Shown in pieces: positions 45,401 through 57,435 of a stretch of DNA of 64,000 nucleotides. A model generated the notes under the pieces. The model was given only the letters and a program-made list of their open reading frames with translations, was not told the DNA's origin and did not search any database. The first letter of the stretch is position 1; every line of letters starts with the position of its first letter. This DNA is from Eledone cirrhosa (lineage: Eukaryota), in NCBI GenBank assembly GCA_964016885.1, contig OZ024749.1, positions 18,414,001 through 18,478,000 of the forward strand, read 5' to 3'. The translations under genes were made by a program, and so were the position numbers.

Positions 45401-48400
45401 CTATATGTATATATATGTTACTAGATATTAATACTTTATAATTATCTCCAGATTATTTGTCGAGCAATATTGGCGAAGACTGCTGCTATGGTGGCAGGCA
45501 GGCCGCTGTCTTATTAACAACCCACTTTCCACTGATTGACCTTGATGTCACGTGATTGATTCTTTTTGTATTTGCCACCGACGCGGAGGCAGTGATTTTC
45601 TCAATGGCTAGGAATTTAGTCCACACTTTGCTATTTTCTATCCACTGAATTATTTGTGTATAAGTTTCCAGAGTCCTCGCTTTGCCTGGATACTTAGCTG
45701 AGAATAGTCTTCCCTGAAGACGAAATGATTCTCAATATTTTCTTCGGAAAGTATATTTATTCCATTTCAGAAACTAATTAGTTGGGAGTGAAATTTTAGT
45801 AAGTAAGTTAATTTTATAATTTTCTTATTTTACGTCTCTCATATTATTGTTCTGCAACCCCATGCATTGAACCACAAAGTTACTAAGACAAAACCTATAT
45901 ATTTGCTAACATTGATATGCATCTGTATGTATATATATGTTACTAGATATTAATTCTTTATGATTACCTCCAAACTATTTGTCGAGCAATATTGGCCAAG
46001 ACTGCTGCTATGATGGCAGGCAGGCCGCTGTCTTATTAACAAACCACTTTCCACTGATTGACCTCGATGTCACGTGATTGATTCTTTTTGAATGTGCCAC
46101 CGGCGCAGAGGCAGTGATTTTCTCAATGGCTAGGGTTTCAGTCCACGCTTTGCTATTTTCTATCCACTGAATTATTTTTGTATAAGTTTCCAGATTCCTC
46201 GCTTTGCCTGGATACTTAGCTGAGAATAGTCTTCCCTGAAGACGAAATGATTCTCAATATTTTCTTCGGAAAGTATATTTATTCCATTTCAGAAACTAAT
46301 TAGTTGGGAGTGAAATTTTAGTAAGTAAGTTAATTTTATAATTTTCCTATTTTACGTCTCTCATATTATTGTTCTAAAACACCATGCATTGAACCACAAA
46401 GTTACTTAGACAAAACCTATATATTTGCTAGCATTGATATGTATCTGTATGTATATATATGTTACTAGATATTAATTCTTGATAATTATCTCCAAATTAT
46501 TTGTCTAGCAATATTGGCCAACACTGCTGCTATGATGGCAGGCAGGCCGCTGTCTTATTAACAAACCACTTTCCACTGATTGACCTCGATGTCACGTGAT
46601 TGATTCTTTTTGAATGTGCCACCGACGCAGAGGCAGTGATTTTCTCTATGGCTAGGAGTTCAGTTCACGCTTTGTTATTTTCTATCCACTGAATTATTTT
46701 TGTATAAGTTTCCAGAGTCCTCGCTTTGCCTGGATACTTAGCTGAGAATAGTCTTCCCTGACGACGAGATGATTCTCAATATTTTCTTCGGAGAGTATAT
46801 TTATTCCATTTTAGAAATTAAATAGTTGGGAGTGAAATTTTAGTAAGTAAGTTAATTTAATAATTTTCTTATTTTACGTCTCTCATATTATTGTTCTACA
46901 ACCCCATGCATTGAACCACAAAGTTACTAAGACAAAACCTATATATTTGCTAGCATTGATATGCATCTGTATGTATATATATGTTACTAGATATTAATTC
47001 TTTATAATTTTCTCCAAATTATTTGTCTAAGAATATTGGCCAAAACTGCTGCTATGATGGCAGGCAGGCCGCTGTCTTATTAACAAACCACTTTCCACTG
47101 ATTGACCTTGATGTCACGTGATTGATTGTTTTCTAATTTGCCACCGACGAGGAGGCAGTGATTTTCTCAATGGCTAGGAATTCAGTCCACGCTTTGCTAT
47201 TTTCTATCCACTGAATTATTTTTGTATAAGTTTCCAGAGTCCTCGCTTTGCCTGGATACTTAGCTGAGAAAAGTCTTGCCTGACGACGACATGATTCTCA
47301 ATATTTTCTTCGGAAAGTATATTTATTCCATTTCAGAAACTAAATAGTTGTGAGTGAAATTTTAGTAAGTAAGTTAATTTTATAATTTTCTTATTTTACG
47401 TCTCTCATATTATTCTTCTGCAACCCCATGCATTGAACCACAAAGTTACTAAGACAAAACCTATATATTTGCTAGCATTGATATGCATCTGTATGTATAT
47501 ATATGTTACTAGATATTAATTCTTTATGATTATCTCCAAACTATTTGTCGAGCAATATTGGCCAAGATTGCGGCTATGATGGCAGGCAGGCCGCTGTCTT
47601 ATTAACAAACCACTTTCCACTGATTGACCTCGATGTCACGTGATTGATTCTTTTTGAATGTGCCACCGGCGCAGAGGCAGTGATTTTCTGAATGGCTAGG
47701 AGTTCAGTCCACGCTTTGCTATTTTCTATCCACTGAATTATTTTTGTATAAGTTTCCAGAGTCCTCGCTTTGCCTGGATACTTAGCTGAGAATAGTCTTC
47801 CCTGACGACGAAATGATTCTCAATATTTTCTTCGGAAAATATATTTATTCCATTTCAGAAATTAAATAGTTGGGATTGAAATTTTAGTAAGTAAGTTAAT
47901 TTTATAATTTTCTTACTTTCCGTCTCTCATATTATTGTTCTGCAACCCCATGCATTGAACGACAAAGTTATTAAGACAAAACCTATATATTTGCTAGCAT
48001 TGATATGCATCTATATGTATATATATGTTACTAGATATTAATACTTTATAATTATCTCCAGATTATTTGTCGAGCAATATTGGCCAAGACTGCTGCTATG
48101 GTGGCAGGCAGGCCGCTGTCTTATTAACAACCCACTTTCCACTGATTGACCTTGATGTCACGTGATTGATTCTTTTTGTATTTGCCACCGACGCGGAGGC
48201 AGTGATTTTCTCAATGGCTAGGAATTTAGTCCACACTTTGCTATTTTCTATCCACTGAATTATTTTTGTATAAGTTTCCAGAGTCCTCGCTTTGCCTGGA
48301 TACTTAGCTGAGAATAGTCTTCCCTGAAGACGAAATGATTCTCAATATTTTCTTCGGAAAGTATATTTATTCCATTTCAGAAACTAATTAGTTGGGAGTG

Positions 48401-49875
48401 AAATTTTAGTAAGTAAGTTAATTTTATAATTTTTTTATTTTACGTCTCTCATATTATTGTTCTACAACCGCATGCATTGAACCACAAAGCTACTAATACA
48501 AAACCTATATATTTGCTAGCATTGATATGCATCTGTATGTATATATATGTTACTAGATATTAATTCTTTATAATTATCTCCAAATTATTTGTCGAGCAAT
48601 ATTGGCCAAGACTGCTGCTATGGTGGCAGGCAGGCCGCTGTCTTATTAACAAACCACTTTCCACTAATTGACCTTGATGTCACGTGATTGATTCTTTTTG
48701 TATTTGACACCGACGCGGATGCAGTGATTTTCTCAATGGCTAGGAATTTAGTCCACAATTTGCTATTTTCTATCCACTGAATTATTTTTGTATAAGTTTC
48801 CAGAGTCCTCGCTTTGACCTGGATACTTAGCTGAGAATAGTCTTCCCTGAAGACGAAATGATTCTCAATATTTTCTTCGGAAAGTATATTTATTCCATTT
48901 CAGAAACTAATTAGTTGGGATTGAAATTTTAGTAAGTAAGTTAATTTTATAATTTTCTTATTTTACGTCTCTCATATTATTGTTCTACAACCCCATGCAC
49001 TGAACCACAAAGTTACTAAGACAAAACCTATATATTTGCTAGCATTGATATGTATCTGTATGTATATATATGTTACTAGATATTAATTCTTTATAATTAT
49101 CTCCAAATTATTTGTCTAGCAATATTGGCCAAGACTGCTGCTATGATTGCAGGCAGGCCGCTGTCTTATTAACAAACCACTTTCCACTGATTGACCTCGA
49201 TGTCACGTGATTGATTCTTTTTGAATGTGCCACCGACGCAGAGGCAGTGATTTTCTCAATGGCTAGGAGTTCAGTCCACGCTTTGCTATTTTCTATCCAC
49301 TGAATTATTTTTGTATAAGTTTCCAGAGTCCTCGCTTTGCCTGGATACTTAGCTGAGAATAGTCTTCCCTGACGACGACATGATTCTCAATATTTTCTTC
49401 GGAAAGTATATTTATTCCATTTCAGAAACTAATTAGTTGGGAGTGAAATTTTAGTAAGTAAGTTAATTTTATAATTTTCTTATTTTACGTCTCTCATATT
49501 ATTGTTCTGCAACCCCATGCATTGAACCACAAAGTTACTAAGACAAAACCTATATATTTGCTAGCATTGATATGCATCTATATATATATATGTTACTAGA
49601 TATTAATTCTTTATAATTATCTCCAAATTATTTGTCGAGCAATATTGGCCAAGACTGCTGCTATGGTGGCAGGCAGGCCGCTGTCTTATTAACAAACCAC
49701 TTTCCACTGTTTGACCTCGATGTCACGTGATTGATTCTTTTGAATTTGCCACCGACTTGGAGGCAGTGATTTTCTCAATGGCTAGGAATTCAGTCCACAC
49801 TTTGCTATTTTCTATCCACTGTATTATTTTTGTATAAGTTTCCAGAATCCTCGCTTTGCCTGGATACTTAGCTGA

Positions 49876-50142
49876 GACTGAATTCCTAGCCATTGAGAAA
49901 ATCACTGCCTCTGCGTCGGTGGCAAATTCAAAAAGAATCAATCACGTGACATCGAGGTCAAACAGTGGAAAGTGGTTTGTTAATAAGACAGCGGCCTTCC
50001 TGCCACCATAGCAGCAGTCTTGGCCAATATTGCTCGACAGATAATTTGGAGATAATTATAAAGAATTAATATCTAGTAACATATATATACATACAGATGC
50101 ATATCAATGCTAGAAAATATATAGGTTTTGCAAATATATAGG
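49876..50142 (-). repeat. Inverted ~255-bp satellite fragment inserted in the array
   Basis: ctgaattcctagccattgag...atataggttttg (to 50130) is the reverse complement of roughly the first half of the monomer. It is followed by a 12-nt re-copy (caaatatatagg), then the forward monomer resumes at tcttccctgaagacg. Confidence 0.95.
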
Positions 50143-50634
50143 TCTTCCCTGAAGACGAAATGATTCTCTATATTTTCTTCGGAAAGTATATTTATTCCAT
50201 TTCAGAAACTAATTAGTTGGGAGTGAAATTTTAGTAAGTAAGTTAATTTTATAATTTTCTTATTTTACGTCTCTCATATTATTGTTCTACAACCCCTTGC
50301 ATTGAACCACAAAGTTACTAAGACAAAACCTATATATTTGCTAGCATTGATATGCATCTATATGTATATATATGTTACTAGATATTAATTCTTTATAATT
50401 ATCTCCAAATTATTTGTCGAGCAATATTGGCCAAGACTGCTGCTATGGTGTCTTATTAACAAACCACTTTCCACTGATTGACCTCGATGTCTCGTGATTG
50501 ATTCTTTTTGAATTTGCCACCGACGCAGTGGCAGTGATTTTCTCAATGGCTAGGAATTCAGTCCACGCTTTGCTATTTTCTATCCACTGAATTATTTTTG
50601 TATAAGTTTCCAGAGTCCTCGCTTTGCCTGGATA

Positions 50635-50714
50635 CTTCCCTGACGACGAAATGATTCTCAATATTTTCTTCGGAAAGTATATTTATTCCATTTCAGAAAC
50701 TAATTAGTTGGGAG
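50635..50714 (+). ncRNA. Terminal hammerhead ribozyme copy of the 522-bp satellite
   Basis: cttcc-ctgacga-c-gaaatg...cttcgg...catttc-a-gaaa-ctaattag-tt-gggag is intact despite a 16-bp deletion immediately upstream. Confidence 0.78.
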
Positions 50715-50766
50715 TGAAATTTTAGTAAGTAAGTTAATTTTATAATTTTCTTATTTTACGTCTCTC

Positions 50767-50803
50767 ATATATATATATATAAATATTTATATATATATAT
50801 ATT

Positions 50804-50877
<74 letters not shown>

Positions 50878-50934
50878 AATATTTATATATATATATATTT
50901 ATATATATATATATTTATATATATATATATATTT

Positions 50935-50985
<51 letters not shown>

Positions 50986-51056
50986 ATATATTTATATATA
51001 TTTATATATACATATATATATATATATTTATATATATATATATTTATATATATATA

Positions 51057-51099
<43 letters not shown>

Positions 51100-51100
51100 T

Positions 51101-51158
<58 letters not shown>

Positions 51159-51203
51159 TTATATATATATATATTTATATATATATATACATATATATAT
51201 ATT

Positions 51204-51278
<75 letters not shown>

Positions 51279-51320
51279 TTATATATACATATGTATATAT
51301 ATATTTATATATATATATAA
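50767..51320. repeat. (TA)n microsatellite, imperfect
   Basis: About 550 bp of TA dinucleotide with occasional ttt/aaa interruptions. Confidence 0.98.
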
Positions 51321-51610
51321 ACAAATAACGAAACGAAATTAAATTTCGTTTCGTTTGTAACTCACTTTTGTATGACTGACGCTCAAACAATTAAGTTAAA
51401 GATGTACATCCATATATGTATACTGAAATACTAGTATGTATATGAATACACACACGTATACATATGTAGATGTACCAAGCTTTTTCACTGGTCACTTTAC
51501 TGTGAGTGGCCAGCTACTCTGTATGTAAACACACAGACAAACCGGTTTTTAGAGTCATACTGGTTTTTGAGGAAACACCTTTCCTCCATTCTCCAGAAAG
51601 CCAGACAAGG

Positions 51611-51655
51611 AATATTGAACTAGTTTCGTTGTTGTTACAACTCATCAGCAATATT
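51611..51655 (-). ncRNA. Minimal type I hammerhead ribozyme (element A, copy 1)
   Basis: Reverse complement reads aatattg-ctgatga-gttgt-aaca-acaac-gaaa-ctag-tt-caatatt. Confidence 0.93.
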
Positions 51656-52077
51656 TACCTATCTTCCGGCCTCTCTAGAGAATCGTAAAAGCACATATCG
51701 CTATATGCTTTTTCTATGAAAATTAGTAGTGGGCAGACTAATTTGCATAGAGTGTGAGTAAGTACCGGTTCAACGGAGACGATAAAAACAAATAACGAAA
51801 CGAAATTAAATTTCGTTTCGTTTGTAACTCACTTTTGTATGACTGACGCTCAAACAATTAAGTTAAAGATGTACATCCATATATGTATACTGAAATACTA
51901 GTATGTATATGAATACACACACGTATACATATGTAGATGTACCAAGCTTTTTCACTGGTCACTTTACTGTGAGTGGCCAGCTACTCTGTATGTAAACACA
52001 CAGACAAACCGGTTTTTAGAGTCATACTGGTTTTTGAGGAAACACCTTTCCTCCATTCTCCAGAAAGCCAGACAAGG

Positions 52078-52122
52078 AATATTGAACTAGTTTCGTTGTT
52101 GTTACAACTCATCAGCAATATT
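52078..52122 (-). ncRNA. Minimal type I hammerhead ribozyme (element A, copy 2)
   Basis: Identical to copy 1, 467 bp away. Confidence 0.93.
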
Positions 52123-52341
52123 TACCTATCTTCCGGCCTCTCTAGAGAATCGTAAAAGCACATATCGCTATATGCTTTTTCTATGAAAATTAGTAGTGGG
52201 CAGACTACTGTGAGTAAGTACCGTTGAACCGGTACTTACTCACACTCTATGCAAATTAGTCTGCCCACTACTAATTTTCATAGAAAAAGCATATAGCGAT
52301 ATGTGCTTTTACGATTCTCTAGAGAGGCCGGAAGATAGGTA

Positions 52342-52386
52342 AATATTGCTGATGAGTTGTAACAACAACGAAACTAGTTCAATATT
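52342..52386 (+). ncRNA. Minimal type I hammerhead ribozyme (element A, copy 3)
   Basis: Stem I aatattg/caatatt (7 bp); core ctgatga 52349-52355; stem II gttgt/acaac; gaaa 52370-52373; palindromic minimal stem III aactagtt; GUU cleavage after 52379. Confidence 0.94.
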
Positions 52387-52808
52387 CCTTGTCTGGCTTT
52401 CTGGAGAATGGAGGAAAGGTGTTTCCTCAAAAACCAGTATGACTCTAAAAACCGGTTTGTCTGTGTGTTTACATACAGAGTAGCTGGCCACTCACAGTAA
52501 AGTGACCAGTGAAAAAGCTTGGTACATCTACATATGTATACGTGTGTGTATTCATATACATACTAGTATTTCAGTATACATATATGGATGTACATCTTTA
52601 ACTTAATTGTTTGAGCGTCAGTCATACAAAAGTGAGTTACAAACGAAACGAAATTTAATTTCGTTTCGTTATTTGTTTTTATCGTCTCCGTTGAACCGGT
52701 ACTTACTCACACTCTATGCAAATTAGTCTGCCCACTACTAATTTTCATAGAAAAAGCATATAGCGATATGTGCTTTTACGATTCTCTAGAGAGGCCGGAA
52801 GATAGGTA

Positions 52809-52853
52809 AATATTGCTGATGAGTTGTAACAACAACGAAACTAGTTCAATATT
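52809..52853 (+). ncRNA. Minimal type I hammerhead ribozyme (element A, copy 4)
   Basis: Identical motif, +467 bp. Confidence 0.93.
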
Positions 52854-53275
52854 CCTTGTCTGGCTTTCTGGAGAATGGAGGAAAGGTGTTTCCTCAAAAA
52901 CCAGTATGACTCTAAAAACCGGTTTGTCTGTGTGTTTACATACAGAGTAGCTGGCCACTCACAGTAAAGTGACCAGTGAAAAAGCTTGGTACATCTACAT
53001 ATGTATACGTGTGTGTATTCATATACATACTAGTATTTCAGTATACATATATGGATGTACATCTTTAACTTAATTGTTTGAGCGTCAGTCATACAAAAGT
53101 GAGTTACAAACGAAACGAAATTTAATTTCGTTTCGTTATTTGTTTTTATCGTCTCCGTTGAACCGGTACTTACTCACACTCTATGCAAATTAGTCTGCCC
53201 ACTACTAATTTTCATAGAAAAAGCATATAGCGATATGTGCTTTTACGATTCTCTAGAGAGGCCGGAAGATAGGTA

Positions 53276-53320
53276 AATATTGCTGATGAGTTGTAACAAC
53301 AACGAAACTAGTTCAATATT
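53276..53320 (+). ncRNA. Minimal type I hammerhead ribozyme (element A, copy 5)
   Basis: Identical motif, +467 bp. Confidence 0.93.
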
Positions 53321-53742
53321 CCTTGTCTGGCTTTCTGGAGAATGGAGGAATGGTGTTTCCTCAAAAACCAGTATGACTCTAAAAACCGGTTTGTCTGTGT
53401 GTTTACATACAGAGTAGCTGGCCACTCACAGTAAAGTGACCAGTGAAAAAGCTTGGTACATCTACATATGTATACGTGTGTGTATTCATATACATACTAG
53501 TATTTCAGTATACATATATGGATGTACATCTTTAACTTAATTGTTTGAGCGTCAGTCATACAAAAGTGAGTTACAAACGAAACGAAATTTAATTTCGTTT
53601 CGTTATTTGTTTTTATCGTCTCCGTTGAACCGGTACTTACTCACACTCTATGCAAATTAGTCTGCCCACTACTAATTTTCATAGAAAAAGCATATAGCGA
53701 TATGTGCTTTTACGATTCTCTAGAGAGGCCGGAAGATAGGTA

Positions 53743-53787
53743 AATATTGCTGATGAGTTGTAACAACAACGAAACTAGTTCAATATT
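53743..53787 (+). ncRNA. Minimal type I hammerhead ribozyme (element A, copy 6)
   Basis: Identical motif, +467 bp. Confidence 0.93.
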
Positions 53788-54008
53788 CCTTGTCTGGCTT
53801 TCTGGAGAATGGAGGAAAGGTGTTTCCTCAAAAACCAGTATGACTCTAAAAACCGGTTTGTCTGTGTGTTTACATACAGAGTAGCTGGCCACTCACAGTA
53901 AAGTGACCAGTGAAAAAGCTTGGTACATCTACATATGTATACGTGTGTGTATTCATATACATACTAGTATTTCAGTATACATATATGGATGTACATCTTT
54001 AACTTAAT

Positions 54009-54347
<339 letters not shown>

Positions 54348-54435
54348 GTATGCAACAGTTTTATTTAAAATTGTTGGGTTACAACAAGTAAATATTTTAT
54401 AACTGATATAAAGCACTGGACAGTTTTTGGAGTAG

Positions 54436-54695
54436 ATATACAATATTACACAAATGGAAACTCTATTTATAAAACCATATCTATTTCATTATACATATTT
54501 CAGAGATACCTTATTAAAAATATGGCATGCCTTTGTCAGATAAAATACAATATATAAACAGTTTTATAAATAATTTTGACGTACCATATTATAAGCGACC
54601 ATTAAATTAGGAAGCTGACTGGGTAGATATAAATATGTATAATGAAATAAATATGGTTTTATAAATATAGTTTCCATTTGTTTAATATTGTATAT
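54436..54695. repeat. Inverted repeat with 65-bp arms (54436-54500 / 54631-54695) in a ~350-bp island between TA tracts
   Basis: atatacaatattacacaaatggaaac...tacatattt versus its reverse complement at 54631-54695; 3 mismatches by eye; 130-bp spacer. Confidence 0.9.
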
Positions 54696-54934
54696 ATATT
54701 TATGTATATATATATAAATATATATATATATTTATGTATATATATAAATATATATATATATTTATCTATATATATAAATATATATATATATTTATGTATA
54801 TATATAAATATATATATATATTCATGTATACATATAAATATATATATATTTATGTATATATATAAATATTTATATATAAATATATATATATATTTATGTA
54901 TATATATAAATATATATATATATATAAATATATT

Positions 54935-54968
<34 letters not shown>

Positions 54969-55078
54969 AATATATATATATAAATATATATATATATAAA
55001 TATATATACATATATATAAATATATATATATATAAATATATATATATAAGTATATAAATATATATATATATATATATA
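54690..55078. repeat. TA-derived tract containing a ~30-bp minisatellite
   Basis: tatatatatatttatgtatatatataaata-like unit at 54721, 54751, 54781 and 54811, decaying into (TA)n. Confidence 0.9.
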
Positions 55079-55898
55079 GTGCGTTATCAATAATACAGGG
55101 AAAAAACCACTGTATGGAATCTACAACCTATGAAAGGCAGACTATAGACACGACAATTAAATATATAAATTAAAGCGTAAATACCTCTATAATATAAAAA
55201 TATAAATTAAAGCGTAAATACCTCTATAACTATATAACACACGTACAAATCCAAAGATATGTTTCACCAAAAAATTTGTTGAAAGAAATGGTCTAGTCTC
55301 GCTTCATCAGCGTGTGTAAGGCCATACATTTCAGACAACACTAAGAGAATTTTACAATTGACTGTCCAGCTACACGTGGGAGAGAGAAGTCACAGCGTGT
55401 TTAAGGGCAGTGAACCAGTGGCCTCTGAGAGACGAACTGCTAGAAAGGGCAGCCCAAAGCCACTCAGAGAAGTGTGCTCAACCAAACAGAGATAGGAAAG
55501 ACTGTTATTAGGAGCGAAATATCACGATAAATTAACGGAGGCATAGGCCGTCGTTATTCCCTGTAAATAATGTACTCAAAGGGGAAGAGATCCTGAGCCC
55601 TTTAAAATATAATATGTTGAGAAGGTAACACACCAGAGAGAGATATATAGTGCGTTATCAATAATACAGGGAAAAAACCACCAGTGTATGGAATCTACAA
55701 CCTATGAAAGGCAGACTATAGACACGATAATTAAAAATATAAATTAAAGCGTAAATAAATAACGCACTATATATCTCTCTCTGGTGTGTTACCTTCTCAA
55801 CATATTATATTTTAAAAGGCTCAGGATCTCTTCCCCTTTGAGCACATTATTTACAGGGAATAACGACGGCCTATGCCTCCGTTAATTTATCGTGATAT
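55072..55898. mobile_element. Retrozyme-like element B: ~571-bp monomer (~1.2 copies, HHR on minus) plus a 140-bp inverted arm, flanked by (TA)n
   Basis: gtgcgttatcaataatacaggg at 55079 and 55650 (direct repeat running to ~55757). 55759-55898 is the reverse complement of 55519-55658 with ~2 substitutions. Short internal tandem duplication tataaattaaagcgtaaatacctctataa at ~55165-55229. Confidence 0.75.
55237..55317 (-). ncRNA. Type I hammerhead ribozyme with irregular stem II (element B)
   Basis: Reverse complement reads acacacg-ctgatga-[agcgagactag acca...tggt]-gaaa-catatc-tttg-gatttg-ta-cgtgtgt: 7-bp stem I, full stem III with one U-U mismatch, GUA cleavage triplet. Stem II is only partly paired. 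Confidence 0.7.
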
Positions 55899-55925
55899 AT
55901 ATATATATAAATATATATATATATA

Positions 55926-55960
<35 letters not shown>

Positions 55961-56084
55961 GTATATAAATATATATATATATATAAATATATATATGTAT
56001 ATAAATATATATATATATGTATATAAATATATATATATATGTATATAAATATATATATATATAAATATATATATAAATATATAC

Positions 56085-56165
<81 letters not shown>

Positions 56166-56190
56166 AATATATATATAAATATATAAATAT
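55895..56190. repeat. (TA)n microsatellite
   Basis: About 295 bp of imperfect TA with taaata interruptions. Confidence 0.98.
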
Positions 56191-56332
56191 TGTTATACTT
56201 TGGGAGGGTCATGTTGCCAATAAGAAAAACACGCACCAGTTGCTTTCACTTCAATTTATTATAATAAATTTAGGAATTTATAAATTTCTGGTTGGTTGCT
56301 TGGTTCCACAACCAGATAGTTGTTTATATATT

Positions 56333-56375
56333 GTCAAAGTTCTTTCGTGACACATTCTGTGACCTCTTCAGTGAC
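56333..56375 (-). ncRNA. Degenerate minimal hammerhead ribozyme in the PLE pLTR
   Basis: Reverse complement reads gtca-ctgaaga-ggtcaca-gaa-tgtgtcac-gaaa-gaac-tt-tgac. Core intact, 4-bp stem I, imperfect stem II, CUU triplet. Confidence 0.65.
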
Positions 56376-56555
56376 TGGGGATTCTTTTCTTTGTTTTTAT
56401 GCCTCTCCTTTGTTCTGTCCTACGCCATTTTGTTTCTGTGTGTGTGTTGTGTGCTCAGTCTGCGCATGCGCCACATCCGGGTGTCTGTTATTTGTTTATT
56501 TACATGTTACCGGTTGGTTGTTTGTTCTATGTGCGTGTATGTTTTCAATTTGTCC

Positions 56556-56954
56556 TTAATTGTAAGTTGTGATGTTGCTGTTCCACTCATATTTTCTATT
56601 TAATTTTGGTTGTAATTCTTTTATGTTTATTGCCTCTGTGATTTGTCTAAACATTGCGTCTTTTCTGTGTGTAGATTCTATGTTCTCTAATTTACCCTTA
56701 TGTTCTATTTTAGCATGTTGGTAGAGTACAGATGATTCTTTACTATCTTGAAGGTCTCGCCAGTGTTCATTTATCCGTTCCCCTACACTACAAGTTGTCT
56801 CACCTATGTACACTATATTTGTGTCTCTACATTGTCCTTCAGTACATCTTATGCTATATACTACATTTCTAGTTTTACAGTTAATATGGGGGCTTATTTT
56901 ACAGGTTATACATTTCTTATCTATACAGGGGGTATTTGAAAAGGGTATGTCTTG
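56556..56954 (-). pseudogene. PLE GIY-YIG endonuclease domain fragment with Cys-rich linker
   Basis: The frame is open from 56954, upstream of the listed ORF: ...NTPCIDKKCITCKISPHINCKTRNVVYSIRCTEGQCRDTNIVYIGETTCSVGERINEH...RQITEAINIKELQPKLNRKYEW. It has VVY..YIG, R..EH and EA..I..P.LN motifs. The CxxxxCxxC linker resembles Neptune-clade PLEs. Confidence 0.88.
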
Positions 56955-56994
56955 CTAATAAGTGTTTTTACGGAGGTAAGTGTTTTACGACCAA

Positions 56995-57313
<319 letters not shown>

Positions 57314-57435
57314 AATATAGACATAGAATATTCGAAAATATTCTGTATGTTTATAATAAACATTTTGAAGACCTAATCGCTATAGAATAGAATACGTCAC
57401 GTATTACAATTAGATTCTCGATAAAAGCAAGGGAA

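Larger units (their letters stand above)
1..50770 (+). repeat. Tandem satellite, ~522-bp monomer, ~97 copies, hammerhead-ribozyme-containing (retrozyme-like); open at the left window edge
   Basis: Motif agacaaaacctatatatttgctagc recurs at 1, 523, 1041, 1563 and onward with ~522-bp period. Monomers differ by scattered SNPs and small indels. The array ends at tctctcatat (50770), running into (TA)n. Copy number is length divided by period. Confidence 0.98.
56191..56994 (-). mobile_element. 5'-truncated Penelope-like retroelement (Neptune-like): GIY-YIG end plus 3' pLTR with HHR, in (TA)n
   Basis: Contains a GIY-YIG reading frame with an HHR-like motif ~180 nt downstream of the stop codon, the standard PLE 3'-end layout; bounded by TA tracts on both sides. 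Confidence 0.85.

Noticed and set aside
587-50661. 61-76 aa ORFs repeated in the satellite
   Set aside because: They appear and disappear with single SNPs or indels, occur on both strands and show no recognisable domain; they are chance frames in a non-coding monomer.
51506-53892. 60-aa ORF MASYSVCKH... in each 467-bp monomer
   Set aside because: GTG start, antisense to the ribozyme, no motif; identical only because the repeats are identical.
54485-54550. Possible HHR on the minus strand (ctgacaa...gaaatatgta)
   Set aside because: G8 is mutated and no stem I can be formed.
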